A stretch of DNA of 64,000 bases from Candidatus Bathyarchaeota archaeon (GCA_963771885.1 CAVYVF010000022.1:1-64000), one strand, 5' to 3'. Positions 18,105-28,511 are shown, counted from the stretch's first letter. Notes: a model not told the origin generated them from the sequence alone. Numbers and translations are program-made.

Positions 18105-18653
18105 TTGAGTAAGAATCTATCCCTCGAAGAAAAGCGGGCGAAGCTCATAATCAAATACAGGAACCTCGAGCCGAACAATGAGAAACCCATCAGCGAGGAG
18201 GACAGGCTCGTTTACAGGCTCCACGACAAGAAGGGTCAAGCGATAGTCATGCATGCGATCCTCGGGCAGAAGACTATCGGCATCAGCTACGTGCGTGAGC
18301 TGAAGGAGATGGTGGAAAAGGAGGGCGCCGCGAAGGGCATCCTCGTCGGGGACGGCAAGTACACATACTCTGCGAGGAGTAGCGCAGAAGAACTCGGGAT
18401 AGAACTCATCCCACCCACACTCCCGACCTTCGACATCTTCGAGCACGCCTTAGTACCCCGCCACGAGATCGTGGGGGAAGAGGAGCTCGCAGAAGTTACG
18501 AAAAAGTACCACGCTGAGCCCTTCCAGTTCCCCTGGATCAAAGTGAACGACCCTATCGCCATCATTCTCGGCGCGAAACGTGGAGAAGTGGTAAGGATCA
18601 CGCAGAAGAGCGAGACGGCAGGTACTGCAATCTCGTATAGGTACGTCGTCTAA
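18105..18653 (+). CDS. rpo5: RNA polymerase subunit Rpo5 (H) with N-terminal RPB5-jaw-like domain
   Basis: C-terminal FDIFEHALVPRHEI, PWIKVNDP, GEVVRITQKSETAG, YRYVV; TTG start after GAGGT. Confidence 0.9.
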   Translation: MSKNLSLEEKRAKLIIKYRNLEPNNEKPISEEDRLVYRLHDKKGQAIVMHAILGQKTIGISYVRELKEMVEKEGAAKGILVGDGKYTYSARSSAEELGIELIPPTLPTFDIFEHALVPRHEIVGEEELAEVTKKYHAEPFQFPWIKVNDPIAIILGAKRGEVVRITQKSETAGTAISYRYVV

Positions 18654-18874
18654 TCTCTATTAGCCGAGTTCTCACGGCCCAACTCTTCTAGAATAACCAT
18701 CGCTTCACCTAAAGGCATCCCCAGCCTTTCGGATAGTTCCTCAGGTTGTACATTGGGCTTCTCGGGCAGGATTAACTCTTTGATGTAATTCTTGTGGCTT
18801 CTGTAAAGGGGTAGGCTATGAACCACCTCAACAAGGACTCCCCAGAGGGAATTCTTGTCGAGGTTGCTGCTCAC
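18650..18874 (-). CDS. Small hypothetical protein with HTH-like C-terminus
   Basis: PEELSERLGMPLGEAMVILEEL; 4 bp from the upstream gene. Confidence 0.7.
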   Translation of the reverse strand: MSSNLDKNSLWGVLVEVVHSLPLYRSHKNYIKELILPEKPNVQPEELSERLGMPLGEAMVILEELGRENSANRD

Positions 18875-18878
18875 TTAT

Positions 18879-19491
18879 CTATCCCCGCCTCATCTTGTCG
18901 TACATTTTGTCGAGGCTCCAGCGAAGGCTGCTCTGTATCTCGCGTAGTCTACGCTCGCCGCCGTAGTTACGAATGGTGAGCCCCCTGATGACCTCGCCGT
19001 CAGCCACGATGCCATAAGCTGAGGACCTGCTCGGGGGTTATCTCTCCAGTCGCTGCCCTCGCTTCGTCGGTTGTCTTCATGTTAGCGAGGACCCTTTCGA
19101 GGAGGAAGGACTGGAACGGCGGAGTGGAGGTCGTGAAGTTTAGCCCCTCCCTCGGCGTGAAGACGATGGCGTCATCCGTGAGGTGAACCCTTCCGAGGAT
19201 AGTACCATCCTTTGCCTGAATAGAAGAGCCGTCGGTTACAGGCTCAACGGAAACAGATTCCATTAGATCTACAATAGGCTTCTCAACCTGCTTCACCTCA
19301 GGCATCTTCATCGCCTGGAAGCCAGAGGCAGAACTCTGCCCAGGCTGGCGGAAACCCTGCGTGACAATTGCCTTATCAAGTTCAGACATTGCCATCTTAA
19401 GGTCCTCTAACTCAGTCTGGAGCTGCTGCACCCGATCCTCTAGGTCAGCGCGCATCTTCAGCAGTTTACGTATATCTGATTCCGTGCTCAT
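18879..19491 (-). CDS. Hypothetical protein with N-terminal coiled coil, one apparent frameshift near 19015
   Basis: ORF 19000-19491 continues in another frame as YGIVADGEVIRGLTIRNYGGERRLREIQSSLRWSLDKMYDK to the stop at 18879. Confidence 0.7.
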
Positions 19492-19608
19492 CTAGCCTCA
19501 ACTTGTGGCGGCTTCTGAAATCAAAGTGTGGACACCGCCGTTAAAAGGAATGCCCCCGAAAGGAACCCAGTTTTTATTCTCGGGAAGCCCCTTCCCACCG
19601 GTGGTTTG

Positions 19609-20481
19609 ATGCTCGGGAGAAGGTTCGTCGAGAGGTTCAACGAGCTTAGCAGGGAGAAGAAGAGCTTCCTATGCGTGGGTCTCGACCCGGCTACGAGGGC
19701 TATCAGGGACAAGTATGTTGTTCCACAGCCCCTCATCGAAAAGTACGGAGTAGCAGGGGGACTAGAAAGATTCTGCATCGATTTCATAAAGGCAGTGGCA
19801 CCGTACACGCCCATTATAAAACCGAATGCCCAGTTCCTCGTCTACGCCCTCGGCTTCGACGGCCTGAAGGCTATTGCGGATGCCATCCACAAAGGCAATT
19901 GCCTCGCCCTCCTCGACTGCAAGCTCACAGATATCGGCTCGACGATGGACGCGGGGCTGCACTGGATAAAGGAGCTAGGCTTCGACGCGATCACCTTCAG
20001 CCCATTCCCCGGCTACGAGAACGGCGTCGACTCCGTCTACAGATGGTCGGAGAAGGAGCAGAAGGGGATATTCGCCCTCTGCAGGATGTCCAACCCGGGT
20101 ACCCACGATTACCAATCAAGGATCATGGACGGCGTGCCCTTCTACCAACGCCTCGCAAGGGACGCGACCGAGCATGGGGCGAACGGCTTCGTCGTAGGCT
20201 CCACAGCTAACGATGAGATGGGAATAGTGAGGGAGATAATCGGCGAGGAGAGGCTCATACTGTCACCTGGACTAGGCGCACAGGGCGGGGATGCCGCCGC
20301 CACGATCAGACTAGGCTCAAACAAGGACGGTGAGGGGCTCCTAGTATCATCAAGCCGCTCCGTCAACTACGCCTATGAGGTAATGAAGTGGGACTGGGAG
20401 AAATATGCAGAGGCTTCCGTCATACAGGCGAAGAAGAGCAGGGACGAGCTAAACGAACTGAGGCAGAAGGCACGACATTAA
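19609..20481 (+). CDS. pyrF: Orotidine-5'-phosphate decarboxylase
   Basis: LCVGLDP, IKPN, DCKLTDIGST, MSNP, PGLGAQGG, SSSRS. Confidence 0.93.
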   Translation: MLGRRFVERFNELSREKKSFLCVGLDPATRAIRDKYVVPQPLIEKYGVAGGLERFCIDFIKAVAPYTPIIKPNAQFLVYALGFDGLKAIADAIHKGNCLALLDCKLTDIGSTMDAGLHWIKELGFDAITFSPFPGYENGVDSVYRWSEKEQKGIFALCRMSNPGTHDYQSRIMDGVPFYQRLARDATEHGANGFVVGSTANDEMGIVREIIGEERLILSPGLGAQGGDAAATIRLGSNKDGEGLLVSSSRSVNYAYEVMKWDWEKYAEASVIQAKKSRDELNELRQKARH

Positions 20482-20660
20482 GCGGATTGTAGATTAGCGG
20501 AAAAGATATTCTTTAGTCATTGCTGCATCGTTTATTTATTGAAGTATTTACGGGTCATAGGGATGTTCAACCAAAGAGGAGACACTTTTTTACCCGCTTA
20601 GCACCCGAAAAGCATTACACTTAAACCGTTGAATACTAAGTCAAGGAGAGAGTAGTCGAT

Positions 20661-21215
20661 TTGGACAGGCTCTACGAGATCAGGTTCCATGGCCGGGGCG
20701 GCCAGGGAGCTTGGACAGCATCGCTCCTTCTCGCTCAGGCCGGACTAATGGAGGGGAAGCAGATTCAGAGCTTCCCAGCCTTCGGCCCAGAGAGGGCAGG
20801 GGCGCCTATGACGGCTTACACTCGCATCAGCGAGAAGCCCATTCAGATACACTCCAGCGTCTATGAGCCAGATATGGTTGTCGTGCTGGACCCTACACTT
20901 CTAGGCCCGGCTGTAGCTGAAGGCCTGAAACCCTCCAGCAAAGTCGTAGTTAACACGACGGAGACCGCCGATGCTGTGAAGAAGAAGCTGGGGGTTAAGA
21001 ACGAGACCTGGGTGGTCGACGCGACTGGGATGGCGATGAGGATAATGGGCGTGAACATCACGAACACAGTCCTGCTAGGCGCGATCGTAAAGGCCTCGGG
21101 TCAGGTGAAACTCGAGTCGGTCCTCGCCGTTGTCAAGGAGAGGTTCCAAGGGAAGGTCCGTGATCAGAACCTCGAGGTCGTTGAAGTTGCCTATAAGGAG
21201 GCTGTCATGGGTTGA
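20661..21215 (+). CDS. porC: Pyruvate/2-oxoacid:ferredoxin oxidoreductase gamma subunit
   Basis: EIRFHGRGGQG, FGPERAGAP. Confidence 0.92.
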   Translation: MDRLYEIRFHGRGGQGAWTASLLLAQAGLMEGKQIQSFPAFGPERAGAPMTAYTRISEKPIQIHSSVYEPDMVVVLDPTLLGPAVAEGLKPSSKVVVNTTETADAVKKKLGVKNETWVVDATGMAMRIMGVNITNTVLLGAIVKASGQVKLESVLAVVKERFQGKVRDQNLEVVEVAYKEAVMG

Positions 21216-21490
21216 GTGAACAGAAGAGAGGATGGAAGACGCTCCCAAAGGGCGCGGTCCCATACAAGTCCAGCAAGGACTACAAAACAGGCGATTGGGG
21301 CGTCGCCAAGCCAGTCATCGATCACACCAAGTGTACCAAGTGTACGCTCTGTCACTTCTTCTGCCCGGAGGGGGCGATCACGGTGAGGGCGGATGGCTAC
21401 ACCGAGGTGAACGAAGAATACTGCAAGGGCTGCGGCGTCTGCGCCAACGAGTGCCCGGTCAAGTGCATAAAGATGGAGATGAAGAAGTGA
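21212..21490 (+). CDS. porD: 2-oxoacid:ferredoxin oxidoreductase delta subunit
   Basis: KTGDW and two CxxCxxCxxxCP motifs. Confidence 0.92.
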   Translation: MSEQKRGWKTLPKGAVPYKSSKDYKTGDWGVAKPVIDHTKCTKCTLCHFFCPEGAITVRADGYTEVNEEYCKGCGVCANECPVKCIKMEMKK

Positions 21491-22707
21491 TGGTTGTAAA
21501 GCAGAAGATGACAGGACTCAACGGCGACGAGGCATCCGCGTTCGCTACGAAGCAGGTTGACCCAGACGTTGTCGCCGCATATCCTATCACACCTCAAACA
21601 ATTATCGTTGAGAAGTATAGCGAGTATGTGGCGGACGGTTTGGTCGGCTCCGAGTTCGTCGCGGTGGAGTCGGAGCACAGTGCGTTGAGCGCCTGTGTAG
21701 GTGCATCAGCAGCTGGTGCGCGTGCCTTCACGGCGACTGCGGCAAATGGCCTCGCCCTTATGTGGGAGATTCTATTCATTGCGGCGGGTCTGCGCCTCCC
21801 CATCGTAATGGCGGTCGCGAACAGGTGCTTAGGCGGCCCCATCAACATCCACAACGACCACAGCGACGCCATGGGCGCACGTGACACGGGCTGGATTCAG
21901 ATATTCTGCGAGAACAACCAAGAGGTCTACGACACAAGCGTCGAGGCTTGGAGGATCGCGGAGCACCCAGACATCCAGATGCCAGTAATGGTCAACTTCG
22001 ACGGCTTTACGATCAGCCACACGATGGAAAACGTCTACATCATGGAGGACGCCGACGTTAAGAAGTTCGTCGGCAAGAGGGTCTTCATGATGACGGAGGG
22101 GCACAAGGGTGAGGGCGAGTATAGACTCAACCCCGACTGCCCGATGACCATCGGCCCCCTCGACCTGCAGGACTTCTACTTTGAACACAAGGTGCAGCAG
22201 ATGGAGGCCATGAACGCAAGCATCACAGCGATCAAAGCGGTCGACAAGGAGTTCGAGATGGTCACCGGCAGGAAGCTGGAATACGTCTACCCGTACAAGA
22301 TGGAGGACGCCGAGGTCGCCGTAATCGGCATGGGTTCGATGATGGGCACCATCCGCGAGGTCGTTGACGAGCTCCGCGCAGAGGGCGTCAAGGCGGGCAT
22401 GATCAAACTCAGGCTCTACCGTCCATTCCCGACGGAGGAGATTGTGAAGGCGATCGGTAAGGTCCCCGTGCTAGGCATCATGGAGAAGGCGTACAGCATC
22501 GGTGGACCAGGTGCCCCCCTCTACATGGAGGTAAAAACGGCGCTCTACGACGAGAAGAATAAGCCACTTATCGCCGACTACATCACGGGTCTCGGCGGAA
22601 AGGACACGAGTCCCGAGATGATCAGAGACGTCTTCGCGAGGCTCCAAAAGATCAAGGAGAAGGGTGCAGTGACCGACCCAGTCAACTACATTGGAGTGAG
22701 GGAGTAG
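21490..22707 (+). CDS. porA: 2-oxoacid:ferredoxin oxidoreductase alpha subunit
   Basis: AAYPITPQT, ESEHSA, INIHNDHSD, LYRPFP, GLGGKD. Confidence 0.93.
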   Translation: MVVKQKMTGLNGDEASAFATKQVDPDVVAAYPITPQTIIVEKYSEYVADGLVGSEFVAVESEHSALSACVGASAAGARAFTATAANGLALMWEILFIAAGLRLPIVMAVANRCLGGPINIHNDHSDAMGARDTGWIQIFCENNQEVYDTSVEAWRIAEHPDIQMPVMVNFDGFTISHTMENVYIMEDADVKKFVGKRVFMMTEGHKGEGEYRLNPDCPMTIGPLDLQDFYFEHKVQQMEAMNASITAIKAVDKEFEMVTGRKLEYVYPYKMEDAEVAVIGMGSMMGTIREVVDELRAEGVKAGMIKLRLYRPFPTEEIVKAIGKVPVLGIMEKAYSIGGPGAPLYMEVKTALYDEKNKPLIADYITGLGGKDTSPEMIRDVFARLQKIKEKGAVTDPVNYIGVRE

Positions 22708-22709
22708 AA

Positions 22710-23684
22710 ATGAGCGACATAACACTGAAGGACATGGCGAGGAAGCCAGACGCACTCATCTGCGGTGCACGCCTATGCGCAGGCTGCGACGAGACAATAG
22801 TCGCGAGGCAGGTGCTCAAGGCGACCCGCGGCCCGACGATCGTGACAAACGCGACGGGGTGCTTCGAGGTTTCAACAACCATCTTCCCTTACACGTCTTG
22901 GGAGGTCCCGTGGATTCACTGCGCCTTCGAGAACGTCGCGGCCGTCGCGAGCGGTGTCGAGGCGACGATCAGAGCGATGCAGAAAAAGAAGGAAGGACCA
23001 CTTGCTAAATACCCACACATCGATGTGATCAGCTTCGCCGGCGACGGCGGAACATACGACATCGGCTTCCAGGCACTATCAGGCGCCATCGAGCGTGGGC
23101 ACGACTTCACATACGTCCTGCTCGACAACGAGGCATACATGAACACAGGCATCCAGAGGAGCGGCGGCACGCCCTTCGGCGCGTCCACGACCACCTCACC
23201 CGCAGGAAAGGCGATCAGGGGAAAGACGGAGACTAAGAAACCCATCGATGAGATCATCATCGCCCACGGAACCCCGTACGTGGCGACGATCAACAGCGCA
23301 TGGCCCCTCGACGTCATGAAGAAGGCGAGGAAGGCGATAGAGATCGATGGTCCCACGTTCCTGCACAGCCTCGCGCCATGCAGCAGGGGTTGGAGGTTCC
23401 CCCCCGAGAAGACAGTCGAGATCGGCAGACTCGCGACTCAGACGTGCGTCTTCCCCCTCTTCGAGTGCGTCCAGGAAAAGGGGCGGCCAGTCTACACGCT
23501 TTCGGCTCCGAGCCTAGCGATCGCGAAGAAACCCGAATCCAAGAAACCCATCGAGATCTACCTTGAGCAGCAGGGCAGATTCAGACACTTCTTTAAACCG
23601 AACAGGGATGAGGCGCTTCTGAAGGAGCTTCAGGAGAGCATCGACACCCGCTGGCAGATCCTCTGCGAGAAAGCGGGCGTCTAA
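22710..23684 (+). CDS. porB: 2-oxoacid:ferredoxin oxidoreductase beta subunit
   Basis: CAGC, NATGC, GDGGTYDIG, DNEAYMNTGIQRS. Confidence 0.93.
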   Translation: MSDITLKDMARKPDALICGARLCAGCDETIVARQVLKATRGPTIVTNATGCFEVSTTIFPYTSWEVPWIHCAFENVAAVASGVEATIRAMQKKKEGPLAKYPHIDVISFAGDGGTYDIGFQALSGAIERGHDFTYVLLDNEAYMNTGIQRSGGTPFGASTTTSPAGKAIRGKTETKKPIDEIIIAHGTPYVATINSAWPLDVMKKARKAIEIDGPTFLHSLAPCSRGWRFPPEKTVEIGRLATQTCVFPLFECVQEKGRPVYTLSAPSLAIAKKPESKKPIEIYLEQQGRFRHFFKPNRDEALLKELQESIDTRWQILCEKAGV

Positions 23685-23727
23685 CCGCCTCCACACTTTT
23701 CTACTAGATACGTGTCTAACGTTTCTG

Positions 23728-24453
23728 ATGTCCACCTTCAGCCCAGTGAGGGACACCCTCGCGAAAAGGATCGCGGGTGAGATCGTTTTGAGTAGCAACC
23801 CGGGTCAGACAATGAGGAAGTGGAGGGGGCTGCTGAACGTGAACCAAATGGAGCTAGCGGACAAGCTGGAACTCTCTCCCTCGGTCATCAGCGACTACGA
23901 GACTGGGCGGCGCCAGTCGCCTGGGAGCGGCTTCATAAAGAGGTACGTCGAGGCGCTCCTAGACATCGACCAGGCGCGGGGCGGAGACTACATCAGGCAG
24001 ATGGCGAGAATCACCATCGACCCAAGCGACGTTTTCACCGACATCCGTGAGTTCACACAGCCAGTGACTGTGGAACATCTCTGCAGGGCAGTCGACGCCG
24101 AGGTGCTGACGGGGAAGGAGAAACTCGACCAGCAAGTGCTCGGATACACGATCATCGACAGTGTGAAAGCGATTACTACGCTCTCCGGACTCGACTTCTA
24201 CAGGATATTCGGGGCTACGAGTGAGCGGGCACTAGTGTTCACGCATGTTACACAGGGGAGGAGCCCAATGATAGCGGTGAAGATCAGCCCATTCAAGCCG
24301 AGGGTCGTCATCCTACATGGGAAGATCAGGAAGATCGACCCGCTGGCGGTGAGCCTCGCGGAGCACGAGGGAATACCACTCGGCTACTCTCACCTACCCT
24401 CGGAGGATGAGCTCGTTGACGCCCTAATAGACCTCTACAAGAAAAAAAGCTAA
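23728..24453 (+). CDS. Archaeal Xre-HTH transcriptional regulator
   Basis: IAGEIVLS, SPSVISDYETGRR, GYTIIDS, RALVFTHVTQGRSPMIA. Confidence 0.85.
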   Translation: MSTFSPVRDTLAKRIAGEIVLSSNPGQTMRKWRGLLNVNQMELADKLELSPSVISDYETGRRQSPGSGFIKRYVEALLDIDQARGGDYIRQMARITIDPSDVFTDIREFTQPVTVEHLCRAVDAEVLTGKEKLDQQVLGYTIIDSVKAITTLSGLDFYRIFGATSERALVFTHVTQGRSPMIAVKISPFKPRVVILHGKIRKIDPLAVSLAEHEGIPLGYSHLPSEDELVDALIDLYKKKS

Positions 24454-24658
24454 CTCAGTTTGCACCCGCCTCTCCCCCTTACCCCATATCAACGAGTTGC
24501 GCCGCGGCGTAAAGAAACGATGAGTCAAGCCGTTTCTGCGCCATATTTTTAACTGGTTGAAATCAAGTCGACGAGCGACCACCAAATCGCTGCAGTCTCG
24601 CCCCCATAAATGTTATAGCCATAGGGGATTGTACTTGGCTATGCTCTATGAGGGCGAT

Positions 24659-25309
24659 ATGATGAGGGTCGTGCTTCTCGGTCCACCTGGCTCTGGTAAG
24701 GGTACCTGCGCGAAGATCATCGGCGAACTCTACGGCGTCCCCGTAATTACAACGGGGGACATGCTGCGAGCTGCTGTCTCGAAGATGACGCCTCTCGGTG
24801 TCACAGCGAAGGGCTACATGGATCGGGGTGAGCTAGTGCCCGACGACCTCGTCAACGACCTCGTCGCGGAGAGGCTCAAAGAGCCCGACGCTGCGGACGG
24901 CTTCATACTCGACGGCTACCCCAGGAGCCCCAAGCAGGCGGAGGCGCTGGAGAAGGTGCTCAGAGCGACCGGAAAGAGGCTCAACCACGTCCTACACGTC
25001 ACCCTCGAGGACCAGACGATAATTGACAGGCTGAGCAATAGGCGCAGCTGCCCCAAGTGCGGCGCCGTCTTCCACCTCGAGAACAAACCGCCGAGAAACA
25101 CGGGCAGGTGCGACGTCTGTGCAACAGCCCTCGTGCAAAGAAACGACGACAAGCCCGAGGTAATCAAGCGAAGACTCGAAGTCTACCGAGAGAAGACCCA
25201 ACCCCTCCTCGACTTCTACGAGAAAAAGGGCAAGATCAAGCTAATCAGAGGCGACATCGACCTCAGAGAGCTGCCCGCCGCGCTGAAGATTGTTCTCGGT
25301 CACGACTAG
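24659..25309 (+). CDS. adk: Adenylate kinase (bacterial type, Zn-lid)
   Basis: GPPGSGKGT, TGDMLR, GELVPD, LDGYPR, CPKC...CDVC, QRNDD. Confidence 0.93.
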   Translation: MMRVVLLGPPGSGKGTCAKIIGELYGVPVITTGDMLRAAVSKMTPLGVTAKGYMDRGELVPDDLVNDLVAERLKEPDAADGFILDGYPRSPKQAEALEKVLRATGKRLNHVLHVTLEDQTIIDRLSNRRSCPKCGAVFHLENKPPRNTGRCDVCATALVQRNDDKPEVIKRRLEVYREKTQPLLDFYEKKGKIKLIRGDIDLRELPAALKIVLGHD

Positions 25310-25358
25310 CGACGCGCACGCGCAGGGTATATGAGGCGGATGCGGAGAGTTTTCAAGC

Positions 25359-25996
25359 ATGGTCGATGAGCGCCCCGACGAGAAAGACAGAAAGGTGCCT
25401 GACTGGGTAAGGGCTACTTTCTGGGGCGACCACCCTGATAGCCTCGCCCCCTACGTTCCAAGCCCCCTCAGTATAGTAAGGGAGATGCTCAGCATCGCCG
25501 GCGCGGGGCCTGGTGACGTTGTCTACGACCTCGGCTGCGGCGATGGACGCGTCCTCTTTACCGCGGTCAAGGAGTTCAACGTCTCACGCGCCGTAGGCTA
25601 CGACCTCGACCAGGAGATGGTCGACATGGTGGAGAAGAAAGTGAGGGAAGAAGGGTGATCGGGCGCATCTCCGCCATACAAGCGAATTTCATGGAGGCAG
25701 ACATGAGCGAGGCGACGATCGTCACCCTCTACCTTACGACGAGCGGCAACGCGAAGCTGCGCCCAAAACTGGAAGCCGATCTCAAGCCAGGGGCGAGAGT
25801 CATAAGCCACGACTTCCCCGTCCAGAGCTGGGTCACTGAACTCCCTGACAACGCACCGCACATAATGGGGAGTCACAAGGTGTACCTCTACCGCATCCCC
25901 GACGCTTACAGGAAGGAGGCGCTGCATCCTAAGGAAGACAACGAGGATAGGTGGAGGCGCGTCCGTGACATGTTCACGAGGATTGACCAGGGCTGA
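25359..25996 (+). CDS. Class I SAM-dependent methyltransferase, split by an apparent frameshift at ~25655
   Basis: APYVPSP, YDLGCGDGR in the first ORF; ATIVTLYL, LKPGARVISHDF in the second. Confidence 0.85.
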
Positions 25997-26057
25997 CCCC
26001 GCATTCATACGCGCGCACCCTTTTAGGCGCGCCTGCACGAAAAGAAATTGATACTGT

Positions 26058-26993
26058 TTACTTGACGACACCGAGGGCGAGGGCTATGAGAGCCATCCTC
26101 GTGTAGACGCCATGCTTAACCTGCTTGAAGTACCAGGCGTTCGGCATCGAGTCAACATCCGTCGTGATCTCGTTCACGCGTGGCAACGGGTGCATGAGGA
26201 CCAGGTCCTTCTTCCCCCTCTTCACCATAGCTGGGTCAATTACGTAGGCGTTCTTCAGCTCCTCATACTTCGCCGGGTCGGTGAACCTCTCCTTCTGGAT
26301 GCGGGTATCGTAGAGGACGTCGAGCTTGGGGATGACCTTAGCGAGGTCGCTGCCCTCATTGACCTTCATCTTGAGGTCCTTCCGGATGTCATCCTTCATC
26401 ATGAGCTCCTTGGGGCTGATTAGGTAAAGCTCGACGTCGAAGTGGTTGAGGGCGAGCGCAAGGCTGTGCGTCGTACGCCCATATAGAAGGTCGCCGCATA
26501 GACCGATCTTGAGCCCGTCGATGTTACCCTTCGCGTACTTCATCGTGTGAAGATCAAGGAGCGCCTGGGTTGGATGTTCGCCGGAGCCAGCGCCGCCATT
26601 AAGGATCGGAATCTTGGCAGCAGCCGCGGCGCGCACTGCAGAGTCGATCTCAGGGTGACGCATCGCGATTATGTCAGCGTAACACTCAACAGTCTTTATA
26701 GTATCCTCCAAGGTCTCCCCCTTCTTCACCGAGCTTGCACTTGGGTCGCTGAACCCCGTGACGCCTCCGCCGAGGCGGAGCATAGCGGTCTCGAAACTAA
26801 GGCGCGTACGTGTACTCGGCTCCCAGAATAGCGCCGCAAGCACCTTACCTGCGCACAGGCTACTCGGCTTCTCCGCCACCTTTACCATATCGGTCGCCTG
26901 GTCGAGGATGAAGTCTATCTCCTTGCGACCATAATCTCGCATGGAGAGGACGTCCTTGCCCTTGAAGTCAGATGCCTTTACCAAAGTGATCAC
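26058..26993 (-). CDS. pyrB: Aspartate carbamoyltransferase catalytic subunit
   Basis: EPSTRTRLSF, KGETL, HPTQALLD, GRTTHSL, RIQKER, HPLPR. Confidence 0.96.
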   Translation of the reverse strand: MITLVKASDFKGKDVLSMRDYGRKEIDFILDQATDMVKVAEKPSSLCAGKVLAALFWEPSTRTRLSFETAMLRLGGGVTGFSDPSASSVKKGETLEDTIKTVECYADIIAMRHPEIDSAVRAAAAAKIPILNGGAGSGEHPTQALLDLHTMKYAKGNIDGLKIGLCGDLLYGRTTHSLALALNHFDVELYLISPKELMMKDDIRKDLKMKVNEGSDLAKVIPKLDVLYDTRIQKERFTDPAKYEELKNAYVIDPAMVKRGKKDLVLMHPLPRVNEITTDVDSMPNAWYFKQVKHGVYTRMALIALALGVVK

Positions 26994-27036
26994 TAACGCC
27001 TCACTCTGGGGTTTCTCCCCTTAAAAGTTTGAGGGA

Positions 27037-27474
27037 CTAGAACTCTGGATATAGATCCATCCGCTTCAACAGGTCCACGAGAGTCGGCGACATCTCATAC
27101 CTGTGGAAGTCACGGGGGTGTACCCAGCAAGCCTCAAGAGCATCATCCATAGCATGCATCTCCCCCGACGCGGGCTCAGCCAAGTAGTCAACTATTACGA
27201 AGTGATACTTGACCTTCCCCACCTCGTCGTTGACTATCTTATCTACAACACCGAGGTCCTCAACAAGCTCAACATCAAGCCCCGTTTCCTCCTTAGCCTC
27301 CCTGACGGCAGCGTCGCAGACCTTCTCACCTATCTCCACCATACCACCGGGGATGGACCACATCCCCTTATCGGGTTCAGAGGCCCTCTTAATCAAGAGG
27401 TATTCCTCGCCGACCCTGATGAGGACGCCGACGCCCACCATAGGGCGATCTGGGTAAAGGCGGCCGGGGCTCAT
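27037..27474 (-). CDS. NUDIX hydrolase
   Basis: PGGMVEIGEKVCDAAVREAKEETGL Nudix box. Confidence 0.92.
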   Translation of the reverse strand: MSPGRLYPDRPMVGVGVLIRVGEEYLLIKRASEPDKGMWSIPGGMVEIGEKVCDAAVREAKEETGLDVELVEDLGVVDKIVNDEVGKVKYHFVIVDYLAEPASGEMHAMDDALEACWVHPRDFHRYEMSPTLVDLLKRMDLYPEF

Positions 27475-27524
27475 ATGACACCGATTGAAGGTTGGGAGAC
27501 GCCCCCGTTTAAGGATTCACTGGA

Positions 27525-28511
27525 CTACTTTACCTCGACGACGAACTGCCGAGTGTTGCAGGCACGGTTCTCATCATCACCGATGAAGCGTATGTAGAGT
27601 TCAGCCGCGTCGTCGAAAAAGTCGACCCTTTTCGCCGTCCACTCAATTGCATAATTGCCTTCGGAATCTGTCACACTCTCGACGAGTAGATCGTCTTTGC
27701 CTATGTCCCTCTCGTAGAGGTTGACGGGTGAATTGGGGAGAGGCTTACCTGTAGCGACCACCTTCAGCTTCCCCCTGAAAACCAGCTTCTCACCGACCCT
27801 CACCTTCGTCGGCGGTAAATCGAGTGAACACATAGTCGGCGTCGGCCCCATCCTTATGCCTGGCCTCTTTTTCTGGATAATCTGGCTCAACACCAGGCTA
27901 TTCGGAATGAGTATATCCAATGAGCCATCGAGCGACTCGAGAATGAGATGCATAATATGTAACTCCTTAACCTTCCCCGTGTTTGTAGCGATCGTGATCG
28001 TATCACCGAACGTGAAAGGGCGGGTGATGAGAACAAATATACCCGCAATTACGTTCGAGATGAAAGTCTGTGTGGCAAAACCCACAACGAGGCCACCGAA
28101 GCTCCCGAGCGTAAGCGCCGCAGCCGGGTCCAAGCTGAACACCGAGGCGAGCACCGCCAACAACACGCCGTAGCCGACTATCCTCGTCACGTTCTGAACA
28201 GTCGCCGCAGAGGAGTGGTCAGAGAAGCCCCTCATGTAAGCATAGACTAAACGCCCAGCTTCACCTACTATGAAGTGACCCAGAACCAGAATTAACGCCG
28301 CATTAATGTAACGCAGGTAAGGGTTGACGAACAGAAGCACAGAGGCATAAGGCACCAGAACGGGGGGGACATGTGCTATGTCCGTCCACTGGAACAGAAA
28401 CGTCAAGCCCGTGAGGCAGAGGCTCGCCAGGACTAGGAGTACAAATATCTTGAGTAGGCTCTTACCGTAGTTGATTCGCCTTCTCTTGATCGGCGTGGGA
28501 GCGGCTTCCAT
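27525..28511 (-). CDS. MscS-family membrane protein with C-terminal Ig-like domain
   Basis: GLVVGFATQTFISNVIAGIFVLITRPFTFGD, IPNS; beta-rich tail GKPLPNSPVNLY...TDSEGNY. Confidence 0.8.
   Translation of the reverse strand: MEAAPTPIKRRRINYGKSLLKIFVLLVLASLCLTGLTFLFQWTDIAHVPPVLVPYASVLLFVNPYLRYINAALILVLGHFIVGEAGRLVYAYMRGFSDHSSAATVQNVTRIVGYGVLLAVLASVFSLDPAAALTLGSFGGLVVGFATQTFISNVIAGIFVLITRPFTFGDTITIATNTGKVKELHIMHLILESLDGSLDILIPNSLVLSQIIQKKRPGIRMGPTPTMCSLDLPPTKVRVGEKLVFRGKLKVVATGKPLPNSPVNLYERDIGKDDLLVESVTDSEGNYAIEWTAKRVDFFDDAAELYIRFIGDDENRACNTRQFVVEVK

Noticed and set aside
24454..24658. Possible ncRNA or small ORF between the Xre regulator and adk
   Set aside because: No recognisable RNA motif, stable long stem or convincing ORF
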